Shown here: positions 38,285-52,000 of the stretch, piece after piece
Layout of the letters: each line of letters starts with the position of its first letter
How positions within the stretch are numbered: the first letter of the stretch is position 1
Source of the DNA: Tubiluchus corallicola
Taxonomy: Eukaryota; Animalia; Priapulida
Direction of reading: 5' to 3'
Assembly: GCA_030141605.1 (NCBI GenBank)
Contig: JAQGDQ010000787.1
Span: 1 to 64,000, forward strand
Length of the DNA: 64,000 bases
Program-made: the position numbers and the translations under genes
Notes under the pieces: model-generated
What the model was told of the DNA's origin: nothing
Databases searched by the model: none
Seen by the model: the letters and a program-made list of their open reading frames with translations, nothing else

Positions 38285-38635
38285 TGTGGAAGTTGTAATT
38301 GTACATTTTAGGTGCTGCCATCTATGAACTAATCCTTTTACATTTTACTAGCTAAACTCACCCCCAGTATAATTGTACGGCCCAGTGAATGCATATTCAC
38401 TGGATCTCTCCCTATTTTACAGTAATGGTTTTGTGAAGCCAAGTCTGCATAGGTTACCTATACCTATATATATTGACTGGATTTACTTTCTAGTCACTGT
38501 CTAACTCTCAGTGATCAGTGCAGGACACTCTCGTTCTCAGTGTTCAGTGCAGCAGTCATTCTACTCATGTGTCTGTAGTTTAATAAACACTTTTCTGTGC
38601 AAATATGCAGTATAGTTTTTTATTCTTGTTCTACA
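38285..38635 (+). mobile_element. Probable solo LTR
   Basis: TGTGGAA...TTCTACA termini, gccatct motif, TATA tract, AATAAA ~50 nt before the end, flanks aaatga/aagtga. Confidence 0.5.
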
Positions 38636-39099
38636 AAGTGAGTGATCTACAACTTTAAACATGACTTTCACAAATGAGTTGCAATGCAAACGTCACATCA
38701 ATTTGGTAAAATGTCAGTTTGTAACACTTGACAATTGTAACATAGACTTGAACTTTTTGAGGAGCACGATAACCTTTGATTAACGTAGAGTAGACATGTG
38801 CAGCATCACAACTGCAGATCACACTTTGATTTTCAAAAAAAATGATTGAGCTGTCCACCAATAAGCTCTAGCATGAAACAGAGAATGTTATTACATTTGA
38901 ATTATTTTATTTTATGAGAGCTGCAAAGAAGAAACACAAAAAAGCAATTAGTTCAACCAGTATTTTGATCCTCTCTTTTATACTATGAATATTCGAATAC
39001 GTTTGCTAACTGATTCAGTCAGTTAAATGAATGAAACACACGGCTTCAATTAAATTAAGCGGCGCCTAGCAGCCTACACATACTAAGAATTTTAAAAAT

Positions 39100-40105
39100 A
39101 ACTGATATCTATAACCTAGAAATGGCTAAAATTGTTTTCAAATTCAAGAATCATAAGCTACCCAAACTATTTAATGGATACTTGAGCGAACCTTCAGCTT
39201 TGCATAACTACCAAACGCGCTTTGCATCAAGTAACATCTACAGTGTCAAAAGATGCAATACAACCAAAGCTCATTGTTCGCTCAAGTACCAAGGTCCACG
39301 AATTTAGAACTCTATTCCTCAGAAGTTCAAAAACAAATCTCTTAATTACCTTGTGTCAAACTACAAAAACATGCTTATTTCTCTTTATACCTAGTCTTGG
39401 AATTGTTTACATAACTAAAACTTAAACTACTATTTTCCACTCAAGTTGAACTAATCAAAGCGTATATACATATGAACGGTAAAAACTCACTTACAGTGAT
39501 ACTAACCATGAATTTTGCTTTAGAAATAGTAATAATGCCATCTTTACATATATTATTGCACTGCTACTTCTGAAATTGTACTTTATGTTATAAGTCTATA
39601 CCCCATTCGCTCGTTAGTCTTAATAACTTTGGGTTTTTTTCTGCTAGGTATTCATAGTTATGTGTATATGTGTGTGTATGTGTATGTGTGTATGTATATG
39701 CATATCAGCATTATATGTATTTATTATGTCTTCATGTCCTTGATATTTATGTTCAAATTTAAACCTAAATCTCGTATTATCTTAATACACTCACCATTCC
39801 TTTACTTACTTAAGCAACTTGGTATGCTCCAAATGTAAACTTTATGCTCCATTTATCATACCTTTTTGGGAAATTTTCGTCAAGGTTATTGTGCATATCA
39901 CTAATAACAACATTACTTACAGGGTGGTTGACTTTGGTAACTTTTAGTTTTTCGCCACCCTTTCACCAATCACTTGAATATCATTAACTCAGATAATTTA
40001 TTCATTTAATAATCTTGTCACTTTGCATCATACTATCATATTATCGTTTCATGCTCTGTGTTTTTCTTGTAAAAAGGCGATAAATAAAGATACTTACTTA
40101 CTTAC
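39100..40105 (+). mobile_element. L2/CR1-group LINE 3' fragment with 3' UTR
   Basis: NHKLPKLFNGY...HNYQTRF...SLKYQGPRI; ends with aataaataaa and a (TACT)n tail. Confidence 0.6.
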
Positions 40106-40994
40106 ATTGTACAACTACTAGCAGTTAGCACTATAAATAAGGTTATAATACTTAATATAGTATAGTTTATTTATTCCAAGAGCCAAGTACAATTTAACAA
40201 TATGTTACACAAAAATGCAAAATATAAAAATCACATGAGAAAGATATAGCCAAACGATTAATGCAGCGCAGACGATTACCGGCTCAAATCGGATAGTGAA
40301 CTTAACCATTCAAACTATATGCGTATTTTAATAAACAACTCCATGCATTATCTTACTTATTAAGTAATGATGTCCGTATATGTGTTTGAGAAATCCGTAA
40401 AAGACAAACTTTGCACAAGGCCGCCATCATGTAACTACTTCAGATCAGCAAAATGGAAACGCACAAGAGACATAACATGCGTTCTTGGGCATTCTTCGTG
40501 ACCACCACTATAGTAGCGATGGTTTGTTTTCAATAAAATTAATGACAATCGGGAATAGGGAAAAGAGAAAATGCTAAATATTGAAGAAAAATATGCAAAG
40601 AATCAATATAAATCAGCAAACGACTAGGTCGTGCAGTGAAACAACCGTAGAGAACCTTGATCACGGATTTACATGAACTAAGGTAATAAAAGGGCATCTA
40701 GCTGTAAGAGAAGTTTTGTCAACTTTGGCAATAATACTGCAAATAAAGAGTAAATTGTCTGAATACCCGAAAAATGTCCCACTACAAATTGAGGTATTAT
40801 TGGACATGGCTCTTTCTTTTCTCTAATTTGGGTGATTGTATTATTTGTACATGTAGTAGGTCCATGCCACCAATCGGTAATTGGATCTTGTAACCTTTCG
40901 ACACACATCCGTATAGCTTCCCAGTTGCAACCTTTTCAGCAAGCAATCTTTCGATGTAAAGCTGACTAAGATTCCTTTTGCTCCTTTTGACGAT

Positions 40995-41376
40995 TAAGGG
41001 TGAGCATCGAACGTTCCAATTCAATATAAACGAGTTTTTTTTAGTTAGAATTCGAATTATTCAGATCTTCAACCACATAAGTGCTTTATCAATAAAACGC
41101 TTGAAACGTTATGCAATTAGCGTAATTTAGCTGTGATTTCTGTACACAATTTTAAAATAAATTATTAATATTTTTACTGCAGAAAAAAGTCTCTAATATG
41201 CATGATCTTTGTAAGTCGAATTTTTATTGGTGGTTCCAAAACTTGTTCGAAAATTTTTCATCCTCAATTCGAATTCGATTGGAATTTGAAATACTGAACT
41301 TCGGTTCGATTCAAATTCGAAAGTCACAAATTTGATTCGATTCGAATTAGCTTACTGGTAGAGAACGCTCACTAAT
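40995..41376 (-). mobile_element. hAT-like MITE (same family), inverted
   Basis: Reverse-complement similarity to 45902-46357. Confidence 0.7.
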
Positions 41377-41959
41377 ATTGTTGATGTGACCCTGGCATCA
41401 TTTCACTTGACACTTCTCAGCTGCAGTTAATTTGTCAATGGTTCATAAGGGTTTCGATCATACCATATTGCGTACATTTCAGCTATAGTCAAAGTCCCAA
41501 ACTTAATAATTAATTGCATACTCAGTAATATGCTGCTGTTATTGTTCAGGGAAACCATTTTTTGAATCTGTTAAAGAAGCACTATGACATAAAAGAGTAA
41601 TGTTGCTTAGCTTGCAATATTAGGCATAAATGCAAAAAAATCACAGATTCAGTTCAAGAGTTCAATAATTTTCCAAAAAATTATTAGACGCTAGAGACTT
41701 CTGGCTCATTTCTAATACAGCCTTCGATCAATTGTTGCAAATCTAGTATTCCTATATTTTTGCTCAGTGGATGCAGAATCAATGTTTTGGTGAAAATTCT
41801 AACAGCAATAACGATGTAAAGGCAGCTTTTATATTACCACCCCTATATTCTTTAATTAAGTATTCAATATCTTATATTTGCATCGCACCTTATATAAAAG
41901 TTACTTTCATGATTGCATCATCACATTTATAGACTGGTTTATAGTGTACTTCTGTTCAT

Positions 41960-42600
41960 AAACGTATTATTTATTTTATTTATGTATTTTATTCACACCC
42001 AATAGTAAAATGCAGTCTACAATAAAAACAGTATAATATAAAACACTTTGGCAAAAACATACAAATAAAATATTTACAAGAGTGCGGTAAAGAAACAAAT
42101 AGATTAACTGCTTATATGTGTCTATTGTGTACAAAGAATTTATGCAAGTTAACTTTATATAAGCGGCTTTTAAATAAGTTAATGTTTTGTGCAGTTATGA
42201 GGGGTGCACCATCAACATATGCAGCCAGTGAGTTCCAAATCGGTACAACTCGATTTGAGAGAAATTGACCAAATGATACTTTAGCTGTTCGACACATGAA
42301 AAGCTTTAGAGAGTGATTTTGCCTTGTTCTACTTGGGTAAAAAATTTGTCAAAGTCAACATCAACTTCTCTATGAATAATTTGGTAGCATAAAGTTAAGT
42401 CTTTATGAATGCGTTTCTCCTCTAAAGACTTTAGATGTAGAATATCAAGACGCTTAGGATATAGCATATACATTAAATTACATCTATAAAACAGGCGTCG
42501 AGTAAAGTATCGCTGTACACTTTCTATACGGTCAACATTACCTAATAAAGCAGGATTCCAGACTGGCGAGCAATACTCTGCAATAAGTCTTGTGTATTTT
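41960..42600 (-). mobile_element. CR1-like LINE 3' fragment
   Basis: EYCSPVWNP...IESVQRYFTRR...RLDILHLKSLEEKR..DL; FLSNRVVPIWNSL; AATAAA-rich tail. Confidence 0.8.
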
Positions 42601-43322
42601 TTCATATTTTTGCGATGTCCTAATAACAATCTCATATTCATTCTCATCCACGTCATTTCACTAACCTAATTCTACTAATTCCCATCTGCTTCACTCTCCA
42701 ATATCGTTCCATCACTTTTTATCACCCCAACACCGGCACCATTAATTGCATTACAGACAAACAAGTAATGCTTCTGACCATAATGCAAGCAACAATTTAT
42801 ATAGATATCACGAATTACACCTCTTGGCTTAACCTGGACAATGACCTATGCTGGCAAAACTATATTCAGCATCTCCGTCATCGGCACAAGTTTTTGGTCT
42901 TCTTGGAAATTATATTGGCTTCAATTATCCATTCATATAAAAACATCGCTGAGAAACCATGTCAGTGATCAGTGTAGTCTTCGAAGCGAAACTAGATGAA
43001 CATTTGTTGCGATTCACGGACAATAACAATTTCTTGCCGATGTACGGCTTCTGCATGACTAGGGGCGTATTAACCAATAAGCTAACTAGGCTGCAGCCTA
43101 GGGCGCCGAAGTTTGAGGGGCGTCACATTTTAGAAAGAATCTGATTCTCCCCGGAAAATGTGTATACTTTTATATTTATGTAAAGCGCGCATTTTATAAC
43201 ACACCACAGGCAGTTACTGAGCAAAGCTTCTATATAAAGCCATATAACGAACAGGGGCGAAGTATTACACACAAGAAGCAGTTGCGCGGCGTGCTTGTAT
43301 ATAACCGCTATGCAAATATATG

Positions 43323-44625
43323 CAGGGCACTTTATTTATGACTTTTCTTGCAAAATAGTCATAAATAGTCATAAATAAGATTTCAAATTTGTCATAAATA
43401 ACGAAAGAAAAATAATCACTTCCCGAAGAATGGAACAAAAAATTCAGTACAGAAAACTGTTTCCACCGTCTCTCTCTCTCTCCCACACACACAGGCAGTC
43501 CATAAGAAGCTTGCGCGTGACTGTTTGGTGGACTAACACAGTAACTGAGACTGTCTAACTGATGCGTTTATCTGTCATTAACTCGTCTAGAAGCAACCTA
43601 AATAATAAAAAGTAAATGAGCGCGTTACCGCGAAAAAATAAATAGGCACCGACAGAATTCTCCATCGAAAATTTGAATTAAAGACAGCTTACCTATTTTA
43701 ATGTCCTAAAGTTCTACCGCCTCAAACCTACGCTCTGCACAATAACAGAAATCTACACTTCTAATTCTTTTCTTTGCACGTTCATTTCAGTGCCTTTCTC
43801 ATCCTAACGGCGTTAGGGGTGAGCATTCTCTACCAGAAAGCGAATTCGAATCGAACCGAATTTGTGACTTTCGAATTCGAATCGAACCGAACTTCGATGC
43901 TCACCCCTAAGCGGCGTAAGTCAATGGCTTGGGTGTAGGTTTTAGCTCGAGTTTGCCGCAAGCGTTTCCCGTGCCTTACTGCCTCATCCTCAAGAAATAA
44001 GAATAATGCCGTCTGCTAGAATTTGAGCATATTTTATCTTTGGGAGAATTTGCTGCTTCATTGTCATTAAAATTTAACTGTTTTTCTTGTTTAGTTATTT
44101 TGCTTAATGCAATTTTAATTAGAAAACATACGTGACGGTTCCCTAGAAAGATGTAATAGCCAATAGTATTTTCCAACATTAAATTTAAAATCGATATTTA
44201 AAAAAATACATTATTTACTTGTACTAATTGTGGCTACGAATTGTGACTGTACGAATTAATTAATAGATTGATTTTTATGAGCAGTAATTTTATAGGTCAT
44301 CCTAAACAAATTAAAACCGATACTATAATTATTATAAACACGATCACGGATTTCAGTCTGGAGGGATGCCTGCATGCAAAACAATACGAGAAACTTCAGG
44401 CCTTGGAATGATGAAAGTAGACATTTTTATTACATTTTAATGTAATGAAGAACGAAGAAAGGCAAAATACAAGATTCTGATTAAAAATATGTATTTCTTT
44501 TAGCTCAGGATGGCATTTTTGGTCAAAATTTGACACGTCATAAATAGTCATAAATAAAATCTGAAATTAGTATTAAATAAGCTATTTATGCAATTTATGA
44601 CTAAAGTCATAAATAAAGTGCCCTG
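43323..44625. mobile_element. Non-autonomous DNA transposon with 23-bp TIRs (P-like?)
   Basis: CAGGGCACTTTATTTATGACTTT...AAAGTCATAAATAAAGTGCCCTG; flanks atatatg/ttatatg; subterminal GTCATAAATA repeats. Confidence 0.75.
43814..43909. mobile_element. 96-bp hAT-like MITE
   Basis: TIR TAGGGGTGAGCAT; 8-bp TSD aacggcgt/agcggcgt; internal TTCGAA repeats. Confidence 0.8.
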
Positions 44626-45154
44626 TTATATGTAATTGATAATGGCCACATAAAAACTAGGTAAATAGTGTTTCTAATACACCACTAGTAATTGTTTCAA
44701 CTGCTCATTACATAAGCAACCATAAATTCACAATAGATTTGAGCGGGACAGAACTACCAGCCTAGGTCGCCATAATTTCTTGATACGCCCCTATGTAGTC
44801 TTTCACTACTCTACTCGATGTGCTGTACTTAATCATTCACTTTATTAATTAAGGTTCAGTCAGCCAAGGTCTGATGAAGCTAGCAGATTAGAAATTCCTC
44901 AATGCGTCAGATTACCCAATGAGGAAATGGAAATTAAAAGCGACAAAAACGTACACTACATATAGACATGGATTAGCAAATATGTTAATATAAAAATATC
45001 ATAAGCTAATATTACCTGTAAGTCAGAGAAAATTAATAGACCTGCGTACACACAATTAACTATTGTATGTAAAACTAAAATCATAATATATTGTGCAAAA
45101 ACCATTAGATATCAATTCAAAAGTCACTGCTTTATGTCCACATTAAATTTTTAA

Positions 45155-45488
45155 CCCTTTCATATCCGTTGTATCCCGTGGGATACGAGAATATTTTCTG
45201 CCTTTAAAATTAATAAAATTTTAAAACTGACAGTCATTTGATCTGTTAATAGTTATTTTGATTTAAGCCAATAAAGGTAAACTAAAAATGGTGATAAAAT
45301 GGCAAACTAGAAAGTCTTACATAGCATAAAAAACTGTGCAAGGTACAGTACTTTAGAGACGACTTTGTACAGATCAGCATAGCGTGCATACTGAATGTCT
45401 TAAATACTTTAAAAAATTATCAGCAGTTGCAAAATGAAGCACGTTTTATGCTTTTGTTGTGTTTTTAAAAAAGTCGGGACTGAAAGGG
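45155..45488 (-). mobile_element. piggyBac-like MITE, copy 3
   Basis: TTAA|CCCTTTCA...TGAAAGGG|TTAA, reverse orientation. Confidence 0.85.
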
Positions 45489-45725
45489 TTAATTAACTAA
45501 AAAGGCTACTTTATAGCGTCTTCGTTGTCAGAAGTCAAGCAAAGCTTAAAAACAAAATAGTCATTAATCGTTGCACGCTGATAGTTTGGACAGGACATGG
45601 AAACCAATTGAGTTTCGGTCCATAAGGTCAAAGGTTAAGTTTAATTTTAAAATTATGTGACGTCATGTGAGGGCGAGGGGAGGCCTCTCTCTTGTGTGTC
45701 CTGCAGAATATTAACCCATCGCTAC

Positions 45726-46357
45726 TAGGGGTGAGTTTTTCCTACCAGACAGCGAATTCGAATCGAATTTGTGACTTTTGAATTTGAATCGAACTAAACT
45801 TCAGTATTTCGAATACGAATCGAATTCGAATTGAGATCGAAAGATTTTAGAACAAGTTTTCGAACCACCAACAAAAATTAGTCTTACAAAGATCATGCTA
45901 TTAGGGGTGAGTTCTTTCTACCAGACAGCGAATTCGAATCGAATTTGCGACTTTTGAATTTGAATCGAACTAAAGTTCAGTAGTTCGAATACGAATCGAA
46001 TTCGAATTGAGATCGAAAGATTTTAGAACAAGTTTTCGAACCACCAACAAAAATTAGTCTTACAAAGATCATGCACATTAAAAGACTTTCTTCTGGGGTA
46101 AAACTACTAATATTTTGTTTAAGAATTGTGCACAGAAATCACAGCTAAATTAAACTAATTGCATGATGCATTAAGCGAATTAGCGATGATAAAAATTAAC
46201 TTTAATGATAAACTTTAATGTGGTTTAACTTTTAAAACTTTAAAAACATATGTGGTTGAAGTGCTGAATAATTTGAATCTATAATTTTATGTTCGAATCG
46301 TTTTCTAACTAAAAAAACTCGTTCAAATCGAACTTGAACGTTCGATGCTCACCCCTA
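45726..46357 (+). mobile_element. hAT-like MITE (same family) with an internal ~176-bp tandem duplication
   Basis: TAGGGGTGAG...CTCACCCCTA; flanks atcgctac/atcgattc. Confidence 0.75.
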
Positions 46358-48094
46358 ATCGATTCTAATAAGTCAAAATGAATGCAACGAAGTAAAGACA
46401 ACTGCTGATCATGAGTGAATTCAAAGATCATCAACGGGTGCCATATGGAGACGAGGAGAGGAGGAGGAGCAGGAGGAGGAGGAGAGAACTATGGCTGAAC
46501 AGAAGCAATGAGATGGTAAACTTTTTCTAACGAAATATATAGAAAATTGCTACAAGATGTCGCAAAGTATCATTAACGCCCCAAGCATTTTGGTAACATA
46601 AATTGAATGTTTGTACAGGGATGGGGCCGGACACGTTACGGTCTGTGACAAGGTCATTGAAGGCTGAAACACAGTTTCCGAGAAAAGAGATTTACATGCC
46701 TACAGCTGAGCTAATAACCATTGTATGTTAAACTTCTCGACAGTAAAATAATTCGTTGTATTGGTTGTGTGAAGCTGATTATTGGTGTTTTAGGGATGGC
46801 AAAGCTATGAAGAGTCCGATTATAAAACTACACGTTTATTGAACATCAAACAGAATAAATATAACAGACAGTAATGCCAAGCCTCCTGATCTAGTGTGCT
46901 TTCCTTCAGCTCCCAGACTCAATCCCCTGAGCTGGCCGCATCACAAGGCTTATATATCGTGCGTTGAGGTTCGACGCCTTGACGCCTACGCTTCGGTTCT
47001 GAATCACTTGCTCTCGTGACACCACTCCTTCACTGGCTTCATGCCAGCATTCATCAATATAATTATCTATCATAATCTAACGCTTTTAACATAGTTTAAC
47101 AGGTCCTCTTTACTTCGACGCTTCACTGGAGAACCCCGAGTGAAAGAAGCAGCGAGCAAACTTCTTTAGTTTGTGCAACCCTGCCGGGAGATTACTGGGA
47201 AACTGTAGCAGAGAACCGCGTAGAGATTACGGAAGGATATTACACCAGGGATTGCATTTATTAGCATCAAGGACTGGTTGACACTTAAGCCTATGATCAA
47301 ATTAAACCTATACTGCATGTATGGCGCCATAACAGCCCATTTATTATAGGGGGTAGGGTGTGAAAAATGGGAGAAATAAAATTGTTGCTCTGTAATGTAA
47401 TGCTAATGTCAGTGCAGTTTATAATGGTAACTTACAAAGTAAAACGTTATCCCTTCATCATAAATTGTAGCCTGCACATTATGATAAATACAACCATTTT
47501 AAACTGACTTAAAGCTTATGCTGCAAAAGGAATCGCTGAAATTTATTTCTGTAAAAATTACTGATGTACAAAAAATGGTCGCTACTTAGGCTGTTGTATT
47601 AGAGCTGGTAAAGAATTTTGTACTGACGTCATCAGACTTGAAGGGAAAGAAAAGGAAATTTTCAAACATATCTCAGAAAACTTTCCATATAAAGTCATAT
47701 TATATTACTTAGCATTACGCTTAACTGTTTCATAAGACTTATGTTATTGGAAAGGAAAATTCTTAACAATTTCGTAATCAATAATAATTCGCACTAACAG
47801 GTAAAATGATACTGCATCGCAATCCCAGTATGCACCACTGATTCACCGAAAAACACATTGATCTTATTGACAATCTAAAGTAATTTAAAGGTTTGAAATA
47901 CGAGATAGCTCTCCTGAGATTTGTCGTCGGTAACAGAGAAAAACGCAATGCACTTTATTCTCTCGAACATTATAATATTTATTCAGGAGCTTTTGCCCTA
48001 GCGGGCCTCATCGGCTGAAGAGAAACAGCTGGTGACCTGAGAGTGCTGGTAACACAGCACGTATAATAGGTATAGAAAACCAATAAAAAATGGA

Positions 48095-48400
<306 letters not shown>

Positions 48401-49098
48401 AGCAATAAAATTACAATACAGGAACAATGGTAAACACAGCACGTATAATACATATAAAAACACAAAATGCACATTCACACACATACAGGCACACGCGCAC
48501 ACGCACACACGCACGCACGCACGCATATACATATATAAGCAATAAAATTACAATACATATAAATAAATGTGTTGGTACAGTGTCTGGACTGATGCAATAC
48601 AATAGCGTCATATTGTCAGTAAACTGTACACGACTAAAAACTTTATGATGCTGATGATCCGTACAAAAGGGTCAGCAACAATAATTAGGGATCTAATAAT
48701 GTCAACGCGCGCGCACGCACGCGGCCTCATATTCTCTGAGCAATACTAGAAAAATAAACGCCTCTAATTGCTTGCACGTATGCGCTAATGATTGCTCGAC
48801 TAAACAAGCATCAGCTCAGATCGATGAAACAAATTACCGAGGGCGATATTCCCGGTATAGGCTAAGTACGATTTCGCTATCCAGTTCTAAGGAATGTGCG
48901 CTTTTAACCGGTTTAGAAAATTTACAAGTTTGGCCTTGGTATAGAGCGGGGATGCAGCTGCTTGTGTATGCCACTGTAGCTACCACACCTTATCAGTTTC
49001 ACTGTCAGTACCAGCAGTAGACGGCAGGGAGGGATAAGTCACTAAATTTGCAATCTACGTGTGCAAATATAATCCATTTGGAATATTAATTTGGCAAC

Positions 49099-52000
49099 AT
49101 GAAGCTGCAGGTAGCGGGATTACTCCTGAGCGTGCTGTTCACAGTTGGTAAGTTTATAGTTATCGATTTATGTCAAACATTTTGCGTAAGAGAAAACGAA
49201 TCTCATATCGAGTGTTGAGAAGAGATTGATTGACACGAGCTGTCAGATTAACAACGTATTTGCATATAAATCGATGAACTTTATTAAGTTGTCATACTTG
49301 AAGGAATTATTTTTGTTCACTGTCTGACGAAATGTCGAATTTCTGCAAAATTGTGTTTTCTAGATTCTATCAGATTGAATTTCTGAAGTGGCGTTTATGT
49401 ATAGCATGCGGTTGCGGGCGCGTTTTCTAATACAGAACGGTTTGCGGGAAAAAATCAATAGGAAATAGTTGCAGAAAAAGAATAACGCATACGCAGGCTG
49501 CATAGACGGGTGCATTGAAAACAATATAAACCGATTTTGTTTGCTCCGTACCCCCAAAACTCATCCGCATCTATGCAAATGCCACTGAACGCCGCATTCT
49601 AACTAGCGAGTTTTCTCTCTGACAGCTAACTTGCAAATTGAACTGCTTTGTGAGTTACTGTCGGTAAGTTATTGCAAACTCTCCCACAACTGCTGCGAGT
49701 TGATTTACATTTACTGCCTAGTGTGAACGCCACAGCGAGTTACTCTCGACACTTTTCTCAGTGAATAGAGAATTGAGTGTCAGCTCGCGCTTACTGTTGG
49801 AGAGTAACTCACAGCAAGTTTTGCTCTGTAGCGAGAATTGAGTGTCAGCTCCTGCTTACTGTCGGAGAGTAACTTGCAACAGGTTATTCTCTCTAATCTG
49901 AACACGCGAGTTACTGGCTGTCAAAATAAAATAACAATCCAATCTAATCTTACTTTTCGAGTTAATTTGACAAAAAGTCTTGTTAGCTTGAACACGCCGC
50001 AACTAAAGTTATGATTCTACGGGTTTACAGTAGTAATGGACTTTATGTATGATTTTATAACACTGATTTTAATAAATAGAACTTCGCTGCTGTATATTTA
50101 ACTTTCTGTTGTGAGATTAAAGAGGCGTCGGCTTGTAGCATTGACGCTTTCTTGCGCGGCATGGCTGCACTGATTATTTGCAATACGTAAAGTTTTTTTT
50201 AACATGTGTTATTCATCAAAATGATTATTATTTTTTGGCATGATGTAAGCTACACAGTGTAAGGACCGGCTGTAGAACGTATTTCTTAAGCAAGCACGTA
50301 TCAAGACATTACGACGCCCCTTGACTGATTATGGTTAATTTCATTTGCATACCTATTTTATCCAAGTAGGCTGCACAACTGCTTGTTTTGTACTACCTTT
50401 TATGAAATAATTGTACTGTTTTGTCATGTGCCCTTTATATAGAAAGTGTACACAGTAATTGCTTGTGGTATTTTACAAAATACACACTTTATTTGAATAT
50501 GAAAGGCATTTTCCGAGGAGAATAAGAGTTTTTTAACACTAGCCCCTAAAATCTGGCTCCCAATCACAATTTGGCACCGTATACTGTGGCGTACTTATCC
50601 TGTTGGTAAATATCACCTGTTGCTAAGATCATAGCATCTGATAAGTTAATATAGGTTCCCAGCTCAAGCAAGATTACTTGAAGCAAGGTTAGGCGAAGGG
50701 CGTTGTTAGAAAATTTGCGTCTCGCTTGGTCTCCTTCGCGAGCGATTATGCTAATGACAAAGGGACCAATATAGCAATAACAATACAGCAGTACCAACAG
50801 TGCAATCACAATAACTGTAGCAGCAGCAGTAGTAGAGCAGTAACAATGGCTGTAGACATAGTAACAGCATTAGTGCGATGACAACAGCTGTAGCAACAGC
50901 AGCAGCAGTCGTGCAATAACAATAGCAGTAGCATCATTAGTGCAATAACAATAGCAGTAGTGTTATCAGTGCAATAACAATAGCAATAGCTTTATTAGCG
51001 CAATAATATTAGCAATAGCATCATTAGTGCAATAACAATAGCAGTAGCATCACTAGTGCAATGACACTAATAATAATAGTAGTAGTAGCAGCAGCAGCTG
51101 CAGTGCAATAACAATAGCAGTAGCATCATTACTGCTATAACAGTAGCAGTAGCATCATTACTGCTATAACAGTAGCAGTAGCATCATTACTGCAATAACA
51201 ATAGCAGCAGCAGCAGGAGCAGCACAGCAGTGGTAGTGTAATAACAATAGCAGTAGTGGTAAAAGTAGCAACAGCAGCAGCAGCAGCAGCACAGTAACAA
51301 TAGCAGTAGTAGCAGCAGCAGCTACAGTGCAATAATAATAGCAGCAGCAGTATAGTAACCATAGCAGCAGCATTATCAACAGCAGCAGCAGCATTACCAC
51401 AACCAATGAAACCACTAACCATTAAAATGTTGAATATTTCACCACTTTTATCTTACGTAAAAAATGTTTGAATGCTCCTGTTTCATTATTCTTATTCGTC
51501 AGTTTTTATAATGTAATTTTTTGCACTCTATTTATCAACGATAAATTGTTATTTTAGCTGTGGCAAAGAAGTGCTATAACTGTCAATATACCAACTCGCC
51601 AGCTGGCGACAAGGTCTCTGAGCTTCTTACTACTATGTTTGGTAAGTAAATTTATTTATTTTATTACACAAATTCATACCGCCTGTTAATTGTTTTAAAA
51701 CATATTTTTATTTATTATTTTCACATATAATGTGGCCTTTGGTTAACAGCAAAGCTGATGTAAAGACCTCAGGTAAAATAGAAAATAAATTTTAACCCTT
51801 TCAGTCCCAAATCGTTTTTTTAATAAGAAAAATTTTTTGGCTTGGTACTTTTGTTCAGTATCTCCATCTTGTTTACACATAATAATTATTTTTTTCTACT
51901 TTCATTCTACCTACCTACATACACAACATTCTTTGTCATGTGCAAAAAGTCCGACTTTTTTAAAAACGCAACAAAAGCAAAAAATGTGCTTCATTTTGCA

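Larger units (their letters stand above)
43060..44793. mobile_element. Outer hAT-like non-autonomous element hosting 43323-44625
   Basis: TIR TAGGGGCGTAT(T/C)AA at both ends; TSD not recognisable. Confidence 0.55.

Noticed and set aside
40250-40990. Minus-strand coding-like fragments
   Set aside because: Frameshifted, and I could not assign a domain or consistent splice model.
46786-47090. Possible minus-strand solo LTR
   Set aside because: Weak termini and no TSD.
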